Shown one piece after another: positions 11,231 to 21,636 of a stretch of 64,000 bases of DNA (position 1 is its first letter; every line of letters starts with the position of its first letter). The stretch is from an uncultured delta proteobacterium (GTDB lineage Bacteria > Myxococcota_A > Polyangia > Palsa-1104): contig CAWAWS010000039.1 of the NCBI GenBank assembly GCA_963785725.1, positions 288,001-352,000 on the forward strand. Reading direction: 5' to 3'. The notes under the pieces were generated by a model that searched no databases, was not told the origin of the DNA, and worked only from the letters and a program-made list of their open reading frames with translations. The translations under genes and the position numbers were made by a program.

Positions 11231-12455
11231 TCAGACGTCGATGAGCGCGAGGCCGAGCAGCTTGGCGGGCGCGAGCTGCTCGACGGCGCGCGTGAGCGTG
11301 CGCGCCGACGTCGAGCGCGACCACGCCGTGAACAGCACGCCGTCAGCCGCGTCCTCGACGAGGTTGACGTCCGCGATGCCGAGCACCGGCGGCGTGTCGA
11401 TGACGATGTAGTCGTAGCCCGCGTGGCGCAGCATGTCGACGGCGAGCGTGAACGCCGGCCCGTCGAGCAGCGGCTGCGACTCCGACTCCGGCTTGACCGC
11501 CAGCACATGCAGCGACGGCGACAAGATCTCGACGACGCTCCACGCTTCCTGCGGGCTCTCCTTGTGCCGCTGGAGCTGCACCGAGAAGCACTCCGGCGGC
11601 AAGAAGCCGAACAGCGCCGCCAGCGCCGGCGTCCGAAAATTGGCCTCGATGAGCAGCACGCGCGCGCGTCCGCATTCGCCGAGCGCCAACGCCAGATTGG
11701 CGGCGCACGTCGTCTTGCCCTCGCGCGGCCCGGCGCTGGTCACGGCGATGACGCGCGGATCGCCGCGCTCGGCCAGCCGATGCCGCATGACGCGAAAGCT
11801 CGCCGCCCGCGCCGAATCCGGCTCGCGCACGAGGATGAGCCGCGCGTCAGGATCCTCCGGTGGCTTGTGCGTCGCCACCCAAACCTGCGTGCGCGGCGAC
11901 GTCGCCGGCGAGCCGACCTGCACTTCGACGGCGGCCAGCTGCTGCGTCGCCGGCGGCGTGAGGTTGCGCTGTCGCGTCGTCGCGTGCGGCACCAGCGCCG
12001 TCCGAATATTCTCCTCCGACACGAAGCGCGCGCCCGGCGCCGACGGCTGCGCCCGCGTCGGATCCTCGCCGCCGCCTTCGTCTTCCGCCAGCACGCTCTC
12101 GGCCAACGCCCGCGCGCGCGCCGAGCTCGAGCCGAGCGTCTGCATCTGCGCCGTCGGGCGCGCGTCCATTCCCGGCCGTGGCGTCAGCACGCGCTCGCGC
12201 TCCGGCTTGACGCGCTCGATGTTGCGCTCGGTCGGCCCCGCGGCGGCCGCGTTCCAATCGGCGCCCACACGATTCGATCGTCCCCGGCGCCGCCGCGCGC
12301 TCCGACGTCACGCGCTCGGACAGCGGCTGCGCCGACACGCGCTCGGCCGTGACCCGCTGCTCGCTCGCTTCACGCGGCACCGGCATGCGCGGCTGCGTGA
12401 CGCGCGCCGGCGGCTGCTCGCCGTCACCACTGCCGGGCCGGCGCGAATTAGACAT
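11231..12455 (-). CDS. Stand-alone BY-kinase (CpsD/CapB-like); probable frameshift near 12270
   Basis: Walker A SAGPREGKTT, VLLIEANFRTP, YIVIDTPP. The ORF track gives 11231-12268, but an ATG at 12455 overlapping the upstream stop opens a different frame. Confidence 0.75.
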
Positions 12456-13947
12456 GCTCCACCTTCCTCGACGCTCGCGGCACCATTCCCACGAGCGGCA
12501 ACAGCCCCAGCTGCTCGACGTCCGCGCGATCGTAGAGCCGGTCATCCAGCAGCGCCAACCCAATGGCCAGCGCGATCGCCAACAGGAGCGAGATGGCCAT
12601 GCCCGCGCCCGCGACCACACTGCGCGCCGGCTTGGCCGCGTGCGTGGGCGTGAACGCCGCATCGACCACCACCATCTGCGCCGTCCGTCCCGTCGCCGCG
12701 GCGCTCTCCACCATCGACGCCTTGAACTCCTTGTCCTGCAGCGATCCGAAGCGCTCACGCACCTCGGCCACCTCGCGATTCAGCCGCGTCCAGTCGGTCT
12801 CGAGCGCCACCACCGACGTCGCCACCGTCGACGGCTGCTCCGCCTGCCGCTTCTTCGCCTTGTACTGCACGATCTCGTCGTTGATGCGCTTGAGCTCGTT
12901 CTCGAGGGCCGCGCGATCGATCGTCCCCTCGTCCTCGGCCTTCGCTTCGGTCTTCTGCTGCGCCGCCGCGATGCTCGCCGACACGGCGTCCGTCGCCCGC
13001 TTGAGCTTGTCCTGCGCCAGCTTGTAACGCAGCTTGGCCGCGCGCACGTCGGGATGCTCCTCGGTGTACTGCGACTGCTTGTCCGCCAGATCCTTCTGCG
13101 CCGCGCGGAAATCGGAGTCGGCTTCGCCCTTGATCTGCAGCAGCACCGGATCGGCCTGGGCCTCGTTCTTCTTGCGCGCCACCGGCATGCCGAGCCGCTC
13201 TTGCAGGCGCGTCGCCTCGCGCTCGAGCGACGCCAGCGCCGGATCGGACGCCTTCGGCGCCGCGTTCTTGGCCGCGGCCGCGCGCACGGCCGTGCCCGCC
13301 TGATTGCCGCCGCCTTGCTGCGCCGCTTCCTTGGCGAACTCGGGATGCTTGGCCAAGAACTGCGCCAGCGCCGTCTCTTTTTCCTTCAGCTCGGCCTCGG
13401 TGTGGACGCGCTCGCCATCGAGGAAGTGCTTGGTGACCTCGGCCTGCAAGGCGTGCGTCTTCGAGTTCTCGGCGAGCAGCGCCTCGGCCAGCCGTGCCGT
13501 CACCTGCTGCACCGTCTTCGGATCGTCGCCGTCGAAGGCGAGCCCGAACGTGTCGCCGTCCTTGACGCGAAAGTTGATGTGCGCGCGCATCTCGTCGACG
13601 GCCTCGATGATGCCGCGATCCTCGACCATCGCCGGATAGAGCTTGTATTGCGCGATGATCTGCTCGAGCTGCGTGCGCGACAGCACCATTTCCTTCAGCC
13701 GCAGGCCGAGCTTGTTGGCGCGATCGCCCGAGTCCTCGCCGCCGACGAGATCCGACGAGCGGATGCCTTCGCGATAGAGGATGAGCGTCTCGGACTTGAA
13801 GACGCGCTTGCGCATCATGGCGTAGCCGACGGAGGCGCCGGTGCCGATGACGAAGAGGACGAGCGCCGCGCCTATGAAGCGGCGCGAGCGACCGAGGAGG
13901 GACAGCACGCGGTCGAGCCGATCGCGCGCGGTGCGGGGCTGGCTCAC
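12448..13947 (-). CDS. Polysaccharide co-polymerase (Wzz/Wzc N-terminal, GumC-like)
   Basis: TM - coiled coil - TM layout, YTEEHPDV motif, DDRLYDRADVEQLGLLPLVGMVP; GTG start at 13947 inferred. Confidence 0.85.
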   Translation of the reverse strand: MSQPRTARDRLDRVLSLLGRSRRFIGAALVLFVIGTGASVGYAMMRKRVFKSETLILYREGIRSSDLVGGEDSGDRANKLGLRLKEMVLSRTQLEQIIAQYKLYPAMVEDRGIIEAVDEMRAHINFRVKDGDTFGLAFDGDDPKTVQQVTARLAEALLAENSKTHALQAEVTKHFLDGERVHTEAELKEKETALAQFLAKHPEFAKEAAQQGGGNQAGTAVRAAAAKNAAPKASDPALASLEREATRLQERLGMPVARKKNEAQADPVLLQIKGEADSDFRAAQKDLADKQSQYTEEHPDVRAAKLRYKLAQDKLKRATDAVSASIAAAQQKTEAKAEDEGTIDRAALENELKRINDEIVQYKAKKRQAEQPSTVATSVVALETDWTRLNREVAEVRERFGSLQDKEFKASMVESAAATGRTAQMVVVDAAFTPTHAAKPARSVVAGAGMAISLLLAIALAIGLALLDDRLYDRADVEQLGLLPLVGMVPRASRKVEHV

Positions 13948-14049
13948 GAGGCCCACAGTGTAGCACGAGGATTCGCGATAGCCGCGCCCGCGCAGCGGCG
14001 ACGGCGGGAGGCGGCGGCGCACTGCGCGGCGGGGGCGCGGCAGCTCGCG

Positions 14050-14600
14050 CAGCGGCGGAATGCGCGGCGGCGGAATGCCCGCCAGGCCGCGCGGCGGCGG
14101 AATGCCCGCCAGGCCGCGCGGATTGCCCGAGAGCTCGCGCAGCGGCGGTTTGCGCCCTGACGAGTTGCGCGGCAGCAAGTCGAGCGGCGGCAGCAATAAG
14201 CCGCGCCAGGCCGTCCGGTCGCGCGCTGGGGGCGGCGATGAGTTGCGCGGCGGCAAGTCGAGCGGCGGCCGCGACGAGTCGTGTACCGACGAATTGCAGG
14301 GCAGCGAGTCGAGCGGCGGCCGGGATGAGTCGTGTGCTGACGAGCTGCGCAGCAGCGAGTCGAGCGGCGGCCGCAACGAGTCGTGTGCTGACGAGCTGCG
14401 CAGCAGCGAGTCGAGCGGCGGCAGCAACGAGTCGCGCCAGGCCGACGGGCTGCGTGCCGGAGGCGAGTCGCGCCGGCCGGACGAATTGGGTCGCGAAGGC
14501 AAGTCGAGTCGGGTGGACGAGTTGGGTCGCGAAGGCGAACTGCCTGGCAGCGGCGAACTGCCTGGCAGCGGCGAATTGTCGCACGTCGGCAGCGGCTAGC
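14050..14600. repeat. Composite tandem-repeat tract (27, 51 and 18 bp units), probably non-coding
   Basis: 51-bp units at 14277, 14328, 14379 (GAGTCGTGTGCTGACGAGCTGCGCAGCAGCGAGTCGAGCGGCGGC...); GGAATGCCCGCCAGGCCGCGCGG x2; GGCGAACTGCCTGGCAGC x2. Confidence 0.85.
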
Positions 14601-14930
14601 GTCGCGGTGGCACCTCGCGCGACTCGGATTGCGAGGCCAACCAAACGCACGTCCGCCACGAGTGGCACGGCAGAGGCAACACATTGTTGGGCTGCGCTTG
14701 TCGCAGCATCGGCACGTCGCGCAGCCAGCGCGGCGACCTTGAAACGGTCCGGTTGCGCTGCGGTGATCACAGGCGCCGAAATCGCAAAATGGCTAAGCAT
14801 TCGTGCGCCGCCCGCGGCGTATTCTCCCGCGACCCGCCGCTCGGCCGCGCGCCCGTCACCGCAGATTCGCCCGCCTCGCCCATCGATCTCGTCCCCCGTC
14901 TGCTGGCGCTCGCGAACGCCCCAACGAGCG

Positions 14931-16481
14931 CTACTTCGCGTCGTCGGACTTCCCCTTACGCCGCTTACTCGACGCTTTTCCGCCCGTTTTCGTCGATCGA
15001 CCGCCATCAACAGGCGGCTCGCCTGTGCCGATGCCACCCGTGCTTTTCGCGCCTACGCCGCTCTCTGCGCTGCTCGCGCGGTTACCGCCGTCCGAGCTGA
15101 TGACCCCACGGCCGTCGTCACCCTCGACAGCGGTGCTATCTGCGGCGGCGTCACTCCCGCCTGCCGCTCGACCATTGTCGGGCGCTCCGACGGACACCCC
15201 TCGTTTGGCGCCGCCGTTCCCGACCGAGCCGCCACCGTGCTCGGCTGAGCCGCCGGCACGCTGCCCGACCGAGCCGCCACCGTTCCCGGCTGAGCCGCCG
15301 CCGCCGTTCCCGACGGAGCCGCCGCTGTTTCGGCCCGACCCGCTGCCGCCGTCTCCGCCGCGGCCGCGCGAATCCTGCTGCAGCCGAATGTCGAGCGCGC
15401 CCACGTTGTCGCCGACAAACGGCCGCATCGCGCCCAACGCACGCAGTCCCAGCCGTTGCACATCCACCGTGCGGTAGATGCGATCGTCGAAGGCACCCAC
15501 TGCGATCATCGCCAGCGGCAGCGAGAAGAAGAACATCGCCACCGCGACGAACGCCAACAGCTTGTGCCGACTCACGCCCGCCGACGCCACGCGCCCCTGA
15601 TCCGTCAGCTCGAAGCGCAGCCCCAGCTGTTTACGCTCGATCTGCGAGCGCATGTAGATTCGCGTACGCCGTTTTTGCGCGGCCTCGAGCTGCCGCTCCA
15701 GCTTCGGCATGCCTTGCTCGAGGTCGATCGCTTGCACGAGCAGCTGCGCTGTCTCCGCCGTCGACTTGGCGCTCGCGCGCAGGAACTGCTTGGCGACGAG
15801 CGCCGCTTGCGCCTTCTCGAGCACCGCTTTGGCGTCGGCCACTTCGTCGTCGGCGGCAATGAGCGCGCTGTCGGCTTCGTCCTGGCGCGAGGTCGCTTCC
15901 GCCTCGGTGACGAGCGCGCCCAAGTCGCGCACGACGTCGTAAACCTGGCGCGGATCGTGGCCTTGATAGCTGATGGCGACGCGCGCTTCACGGCCGTCGG
16001 GTCCGGCGGCGCCTTCGATGAAGTAATTGCGCCAGACCTCGATGTTCAGATCGTCGCGCATCTCTTCGACGGCGAGCGACGGATCGCGCTTGGTCAGGCC
16101 GGGATAGAGGCCACGCGCGCGGATGACCGAGAGTAGGCGCGACGTCGAAAAGCAGATGTCGGCGACATATTCGCGCAGGCGGCCGTTGGGCGACGGCCCC
16201 GTCGCCGGATCGACGTCCCCTTCGACGACACGAAAGGCGATGCGCGACTCGAACACTTGCTGTTTGCGCGCGCGATAGCCGACAACGGTCGCGGTCGCGA
16301 GCAGCGTCAAGGCGAGCGTCAGCCACGGCCGCGCGGCCGCGCGCAGGAGGAGTCGGCGCAGCTCGTCGAGAACGCCGCCGGACGCGCGCTCGTCGGCATC
16401 CCAGCCGTGCGGCGCGCTCGCGGCCAATGGTTTAACCACCGGCCGCGGCGGATGCGGCCGGTTCGCGCGCGGCTCAATCAT
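14931..16481 (-). CDS. Second polysaccharide co-polymerase-like protein with Gly-rich C-terminal extension
   Basis: Paralogous motifs (AVEEMRDDLNI, AFDDRIYRTVDVQRLGL); tail built from about 21-bp GGGS-type repeats; start at MIEP (16481) inferred. Confidence 0.75.
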   Translation of the reverse strand: MIEPRANRPHPPRPVVKPLAASAPHGWDADERASGGVLDELRRLLLRAAARPWLTLALTLLATATVVGYRARKQQVFESRIAFRVVEGDVDPATGPSPNGRLREYVADICFSTSRLLSVIRARGLYPGLTKRDPSLAVEEMRDDLNIEVWRNYFIEGAAGPDGREARVAISYQGHDPRQVYDVVRDLGALVTEAEATSRQDEADSALIAADDEVADAKAVLEKAQAALVAKQFLRASAKSTAETAQLLVQAIDLEQGMPKLERQLEAAQKRRTRIYMRSQIERKQLGLRFELTDQGRVASAGVSRHKLLAFVAVAMFFFSLPLAMIAVGAFDDRIYRTVDVQRLGLRALGAMRPFVGDNVGALDIRLQQDSRGRGGDGGSGSGRNSGGSVGNGGGGSAGNGGGSVGQRAGGSAEHGGGSVGNGGAKRGVSVGAPDNGRAAGGSDAAADSTAVEGDDGRGVISSDGGNRASSAESGVGAKSTGGIGTGEPPVDGGRSTKTGGKASSKRRKGKSDDAK

Positions 16482-17282
16482 GTGGCCCCTCGTGGCGGCG
16501 GGCTCGCGCTGCGGCGCGGGAATCGCGGGGCAGGCTCGGCTGCAATGGTTTAACCATTGCCCGCCGCCAATCGCGCCCGCCAAATAGCCGATCGCGATTC
16601 TGGATCGAGCGCGCAAAGCGAGCATCGGCCGGGAGTCCGGCCGCGGGGAGGCTCAACTGGCTTAGCCAGTCGAGGCGCGCTTGCGCCCTGTCGATCGATG
16701 CTGAATCAGCGTCGATCCTGCGCTGGCGAAGGCAGTGCAGGATCGTGCGCGCTGATTTAGACGCGTGGTCCGACCCGCCCGCGCGCGCCGCGACTTCGGC
16801 GTGTCCGGCACGTGAGGCGCGCGCCTCACGTAAGGCTCGGTCCAACTGTGCCGCGCGCGCCTCACGCGGAACGCCCGCGGCCAAGGGTTTAACCATTGGC
16901 CGCAACGACGCCGAACGAGCCGTGCGTCGCGCACCCATCGCCGATCGAGCGCGTTTGGCGCGCGCCGGGCGGTGAGTGTCGGGCAGCCGCTGCATGCGCA
17001 ATGGTTCAACCATTACCCGCGGCGACTGCGCACCCGCAGTGCGCGGCGCAACCAATCGACGTTCGACGGTGCTGGGCGCTGCCGCGAGATCGATGTCGGG
17101 CAGGCGCTGCGGCAGGATTGGTTTAACCATTGTCCACAGCGACCGCGCACTGGCATTGGGCAGCGCAAGTTTCCGACGTTCGACGGCGATCGGCGCGTGC
17201 TGCGAAACCAATGTCTGCCGACCGGTTCGCACACAAGGGTTTAACCATCGCCTGCAGCGACGGCGCGCGAGCCCCTCGATGC

Positions 17283-19364
17283 TTAGCCATGTGGCCCTCC
17301 GCAGCGCGCGCGCCAGGCGTCGTACAGCCGGCCGCGCGCCGCTTCCCAGGCCGCCGGATCTTCAGGCCACGCCGCCGCGCCGGCGCCCTCGTCGAGCGCG
17401 CGCGGCACGAGCTCCCGCAGCAGTGCGGCCGCGACATCCGCCGCGCCGCACTGCTCGAGCGCGCGCAACAGCAAGCGGTCCTGCAGCCCGCGTCGCAGCG
17501 TCTTCAGGCGCAACGAAGGCCACGGCCCGTCGACCGCCGCCGCCTCGGCCGACGCGCGCACCGTCTGCGCTTGCGCTGCGTGCGCCGGCTCGGCGTCGTT
17601 CGACCGCACTTTGGACGGCGCGCCCGACCGGTCCGACGACGCGCTCGGATTGGTCACACCTATCGATGACTTCGGGTCCGTCGCAGCGGCCACCGACGAA
17701 GACGTGTCGCCCGGGGCTTGTGGGGACGCGCCCTGCGGCGGCGGATAGAAGAGCACGCCGTCGCCGTTGCCCCAGTCGGGATTGCGCAGGCGCTTGCGCC
17801 GCTGGTCATACGTGAGCGGATCGGTGAGCACGTCAGTCGGTCCGCCGCCATTATACCGGTCGGCGAAGTAAGTGCCTTCCCAGGCGTACCAAAGCTCGAC
17901 GCCATAACGCGCGGCGATCCAACCCCAAGTCCGCAGCGACGGGCCGGCGGCGTCGATGACCATACTGCCCGCGGCCGGCGGCGTGCCGTTGTAGGTCCAG
18001 CGATGCGGCGGTCGCGACGCCGGCCCGATGAAGACGTCGATCGCGTCGCCGAAATCGCGATTGGGCGGCGCCGTCACCGCGCGCAACAGCTTGTCGTGCC
18101 GTCCGATACGCTCGCCGGCGGCGCGTGCCGACGCGCGTTCAGCCGCCGAATGCGGCTCGTCGATCGGAATCGTAAACGCCGTCTGCGCCCGCGTCGCGAA
18201 TTGGTTTAACCATTGCTGGACGTCGTGCTGCGCGCTCGCCACCGTCGAGAGATCGATCTCGACCGGCCAATAGCGCGTCCCCCGCATGAGTGCTTGCCGC
18301 GCGACAAATCGGTCGAGCGGCAGATCGGACGCGAGGTAGGCGCCGTGCGCACGGGCCAACGCGTGGTAGCGCTCTTCGAGCGGCAGGAGCGCGCGATCGT
18401 CGTCGGGCAGGCCGTGCGCGCGCGCGATCTCGGCCGGCATGTACCAGATCCAGACGAGCGGCTCCTCGTCGACGGCGACCTGCACCGCCTCGACGGTAAG
18501 CTCGACGGGAAACGTGCGCGTGCCGACGATGAGCGTGCCGCGATGCAGGCCCGGCGCGGCGTCGGCGGCGATGGCGACGTCGAACAGCGCGTCCCCGGTC
18601 ACAGGCTGCGACGAAGGACGCAGCGGATCGGGGTAAACGCCGGCGCCGCGACTCGGCCCATACATGGTCGTCGACGGTTCGCGGAGGTTCAACCATTGCA
18701 CGGCGAACGCGTCGACGTGCACCGCCGCGACATCGACCGCGCGGCCGGTCGGCGATTGCATCGGCGATACGGACGCTCGCTGCGTCGGTGCCGCCGCCTT
18801 CATCAACGGCTGCTGCGTGGGCGGCGACGCCCGTGTCGACCACGGCGCCTCGGTCGTTGGTGCGGTTGACGCCGCGCGTGTCGACGTTCGCGGCGACGCC
18901 GGTTTCGCGAACGGCGCTTCGGTCCCGGGCGTGGTTGACGCTGCCCTCGGCAACGTTCGCGGCGTCGACGTGCCCGCGTTCTGCGCTGCGGATGACGGTC
19001 CGTTCGGGGGCCGCGCGGCTGGTTGCGATTGCGGCGCCTCGCTCGTCGAAGGGGTGGGCGGCGGCTCGGTCGCAAACGTCAGCGAGCTCGCGGCGTCGTG
19101 CGTGCGCGTCAGGACCTGCAGCGCCAGCGTCTCGCCGCGACCGCCGCGCAATCGCACGCGCGTCCCGTCGAACAGTGGCGACGTCGCGGGCAGCGGCTCG
19201 TCGCGACGTAATCGCGTGTCCTCGGTCACGATCGCCAGCTCGGCGCCGCCCGCGGCGCGCGCGTCGGCGGTGCGGCCGTCGTCGCGAGGTTGCGCCGTGC
19301 GCGCATCACGCCGGCCGCAGCCGCTCAGCGCGACGAACGCAGCGACGACGAGAATGCGCGTCAT
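17283..19364 (-). CDS. Lipoprotein with C-terminal DUF4091 (glycoside hydrolase-associated) domain and low-complexity insertions
   Basis: Lipobox LSGC; NGDGVLFYP...PSLRLKTLRRGLQD; Pro/Ala/Thr/Ser-rich inserts at about 18740-19080 and 17550-17740. Confidence 0.75.
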   Translation of the reverse strand: MTRILVVAAFVALSGCGRRDARTAQPRDDGRTADARAAGGAELAIVTEDTRLRRDEPLPATSPLFDGTRVRLRGGRGETLALQVLTRTHDAASSLTFATEPPPTPSTSEAPQSQPAARPPNGPSSAAQNAGTSTPRTLPRAASTTPGTEAPFAKPASPRTSTRAASTAPTTEAPWSTRASPPTQQPLMKAAAPTQRASVSPMQSPTGRAVDVAAVHVDAFAVQWLNLREPSTTMYGPSRGAGVYPDPLRPSSQPVTGDALFDVAIAADAAPGLHRGTLIVGTRTFPVELTVEAVQVAVDEEPLVWIWYMPAEIARAHGLPDDDRALLPLEERYHALARAHGAYLASDLPLDRFVARQALMRGTRYWPVEIDLSTVASAQHDVQQWLNQFATRAQTAFTIPIDEPHSAAERASARAAGERIGRHDKLLRAVTAPPNRDFGDAIDVFIGPASRPPHRWTYNGTPPAAGSMVIDAAGPSLRTWGWIAARYGVELWYAWEGTYFADRYNGGGPTDVLTDPLTYDQRRKRLRNPDWGNGDGVLFYPPPQGASPQAPGDTSSSVAAATDPKSSIGVTNPSASSDRSGAPSKVRSNDAEPAHAAQAQTVRASAEAAAVDGPWPSLRLKTLRRGLQDRLLLRALEQCGAADVAAALLRELVPRALDEGAGAAAWPEDPAAWEAARGRLYDAWRARCGGPHG

Positions 19365-19400
19365 CGCGCGACAGCTCCAAGTGACCTAGACCGTGAGACC

Positions 19401-19610
19401 GAGTCGCGAATCTGCGAGGCCGACAGTGATGTCGACCAGTCGCGCGTCTGCGAGGCCGACAGTGATGCCGACCAGTCGCGAATCTGCGAGGCCGATAGTG
19501 ATGCCGACGAGTCGCGACTTCGCGCGGCCCACATCGATGCGGGCGAGTCGCGATTTTGCGAGCCCAACATCGATGCCGATGAGTCGCGATCCTGCGGGGC
19601 CAATAGCAGC
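19401..19610. repeat. Intergenic 36-bp tandem repeat, about six degenerate copies
   Basis: Units at 19401, 19437, 19473, 19509, 19545, 19581: (G/C)AGTCGCGAATCTGCGAGGCCGACAGTGATGCCGAC. Confidence 0.85.
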
Positions 19611-19748
19611 GTTGACGCCGACGTCGACACTGAATGCGCATGCGAGTGTGACTGCGATGCGGACGCCGATGCCCATGGCCATGTTCGCTCGCTCGAATCG
19701 TCATTCCGACGACGGCTACAGGACCGGACGCGCCAACTGTGGCTGCTG

Positions 19749-20921
19749 CTAGCGATACGCACGGACCGCGTCCTCGAGCACGGCGTGCAGCCGCGCCGCG
19801 CTCTCCGCCCAGCCGCCGCGCGCGCCAATCGCGGCCACCTCGCTCGCGTCGTAATCGATCGCGACCTGCCGCTCCAGCGCGGCCGCCAGCGACGGTGCGT
19901 TCATTGGTTCAACCATTTCGCCCAACGCCGGCGAGGTCATGACATCGGGAATGCCGCCGACGCGCGTCGCGACCGCGCGCCGACCGCAGGCGAACGCCTC
20001 GAGCAGCACATTCGGCGTCCCTTCGTTCCAGCTCGGCAGCACGAAGAGGTCGCACGCCGCCAGCCAGCGCGGCACTTCCGCGAGCGGCCGCGCGCCGACG
20101 AGCTGCGCCTGCGGGCCGATGCGCGCCGCCATCGCCGCGCACTCCGCCCGCGCCGCGCCGTCGCCGACGAGCACGAGCGAGAGGTCGGGATGACGCGGCG
20201 CCAGCGTGGCAAAGGCGTCGAGCAGCTCGATGAGCCCCTTATCGCGCACGAGCCGACCGACGTAGACGATGACACGACCTTCCGGCGGCAGACCCAACTC
20301 GACGCGCGCTTGCCGGCGATCGCGCGGCTGAAACAGCGTAGCGTCGACGCCGTTGGCCACGATGGCGATGCGATCGCGCGCTACGCCCAGCGTCGCCAGC
20401 GAATCGGCGAGCGGTCGCGAAACGGCGACGGCACGCGTCGCCCGCGGCAAGAGCGCGCGCAGCTGCCGCCGCACCGACGGCAGCTTGGCGACGATATTGA
20501 CGTCCGATCCGTGCACCTTCACCACCGACGGCAGCCGCAGCGCCTCCGCCAGCATCACCGTGGCCGCACCGTCGGGATAGGCCCACGCGCCGAGCAGCAC
20601 ATCAGCCCGCCGGCGCCGCCACGCCGCTCCCAACAGCGACGCCGCGTACAGCGCCGCCGACGCGCCCGGCAGCTTGGGCGCCATCAAGTAGCGCGGGTGC
20701 GAAATGGTTAAACCATTGACGCTCTCCGTCGCTGGCACGGCCGCCAAACGACCGGCCGCGCTCCACTTGCGGAACATCCCGGCGCCCGGAAACCAGGGAA
20801 TGACCCCCAGCACCTCGACGTCGCAGAGCTTGCCGAGCGCGGTGAACTGCTGCTGATTGAAGGGCGACCAGAGCGGCTCGACCGGATTGGGAAACAGCCG
20901 CGTGAGGACGACGACGCGCAT
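19749..20921 (-). CDS. Glycosyltransferase family 4 (TuaC-like)
   Basis: AWAYPDG, KVHGSDVN, NGVD, PSWNEGTPNVLLEA (EX7E). Confidence 0.92.
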   Translation of the reverse strand: MRVVVLTRLFPNPVEPLWSPFNQQQFTALGKLCDVEVLGVIPWFPGAGMFRKWSAAGRLAAVPATESVNGLTISHPRYLMAPKLPGASAALYAASLLGAAWRRRRADVLLGAWAYPDGAATVMLAEALRLPSVVKVHGSDVNIVAKLPSVRRQLRALLPRATRAVAVSRPLADSLATLGVARDRIAIVANGVDATLFQPRDRRQARVELGLPPEGRVIVYVGRLVRDKGLIELLDAFATLAPRHPDLSLVLVGDGAARAECAAMAARIGPQAQLVGARPLAEVPRWLAACDLFVLPSWNEGTPNVLLEAFACGRRAVATRVGGIPDVMTSPALGEMVEPMNAPSLAAALERQVAIDYDASEVAAIGARGGWAESAARLHAVLEDAVRAYR

Positions 20922-20962
20922 TCGTCCATCGATCTTACACGACGGGGCATTACACTCTCGAC

Positions 20963-21613
20963 ATGCTCAGCCTCTATCTGGTTCGCCACGGCCAGACCGA
21001 CTATTCGGCGCACAATCGTTTTTGCGGCAGCGTAGATCCGCCGCTCAACGACGTCGGGCACGCCATGGCCGAGGCGCTCGGCAAGCGCTACGGCGCCGGC
21101 CCTACGCCGGGTGAGCGCTGGAACGCGATTTACGCCAGCCAAATGCTGCGCGCGCGTCAGACCGCCGAGCCGACGGCGCGCGGCGCAGGAATTGGTTTAA
21201 CCATTGACGATGGTCTGCGCGAGATCGCCTATGGTGAGTGGGAGGGCCGGCCCGAGGCTGATGTCCAGCGCGACGATCCCGGGCGTTTCGCGGCCTGGGC
21301 GGCGCATCCCGGTCGTATCGCGCCGCCGGGCGGCGAGAGCGGTTACGCCATCGCCGCGCGCGCCATCGCCGCCGTCGAGCGCATCCGCGCCGCGCACAAA
21401 GACGGCAAGGTTCTCGTCGTCTCGCACAAAGCGACGCTTCGCGTGCTCGTCTGCGCGCTGATGGGCGTCGACGTCGATCTCTTCCGCACGCGCATCGCGC
21501 AGAAGACGTGCGCCGTGTCGATCATCGACTTCAAGCCCACGGGTCCGCTGCTGCAGGTGCTCGGCGACACCAGCCATTTGCCGCCCGAGCTTCTCGCGGG
21601 CGACGGCACCTGA
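20963..21613 (+). CDS. Histidine phosphatase (phosphoglycerate mutase family)
   Basis: LVRHGQT, RARQTA, LREIAYGEWEG, VVSH. Confidence 0.92.
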   Translation: MLSLYLVRHGQTDYSAHNRFCGSVDPPLNDVGHAMAEALGKRYGAGPTPGERWNAIYASQMLRARQTAEPTARGAGIGLTIDDGLREIAYGEWEGRPEADVQRDDPGRFAAWAAHPGRIAPPGGESGYAIAARAIAAVERIRAAHKDGKVLVVSHKATLRVLVCALMGVDVDLFRTRIAQKTCAVSIIDFKPTGPLLQVLGDTSHLPPELLAGDGT

Positions 21614-21636
21614 ACGCCGCGCACGACAGCGCGCGA

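Noticed and set aside
12349..15248. Long alternative ORFs (12349-14160, 12755-15037, 14238-15248) and similar antisense ORFs across the window
   Set aside because: Arg/Ala-rich shadow frames expected at high GC; they overlap better-supported genes or repeats.
17130..17138. DnaA box / replication origin (TTGTCCACA)
   Set aside because: Single mismatched box, with no box cluster, unwinding element or dnaA nearby.
16474..17232. 252-aa ORF with repeated MVKP motifs; likewise 27536-27877
   Set aside because: The peptide repeats are simply translations of the DNA palindrome; the rest is low-complexity with no recognisable domain.
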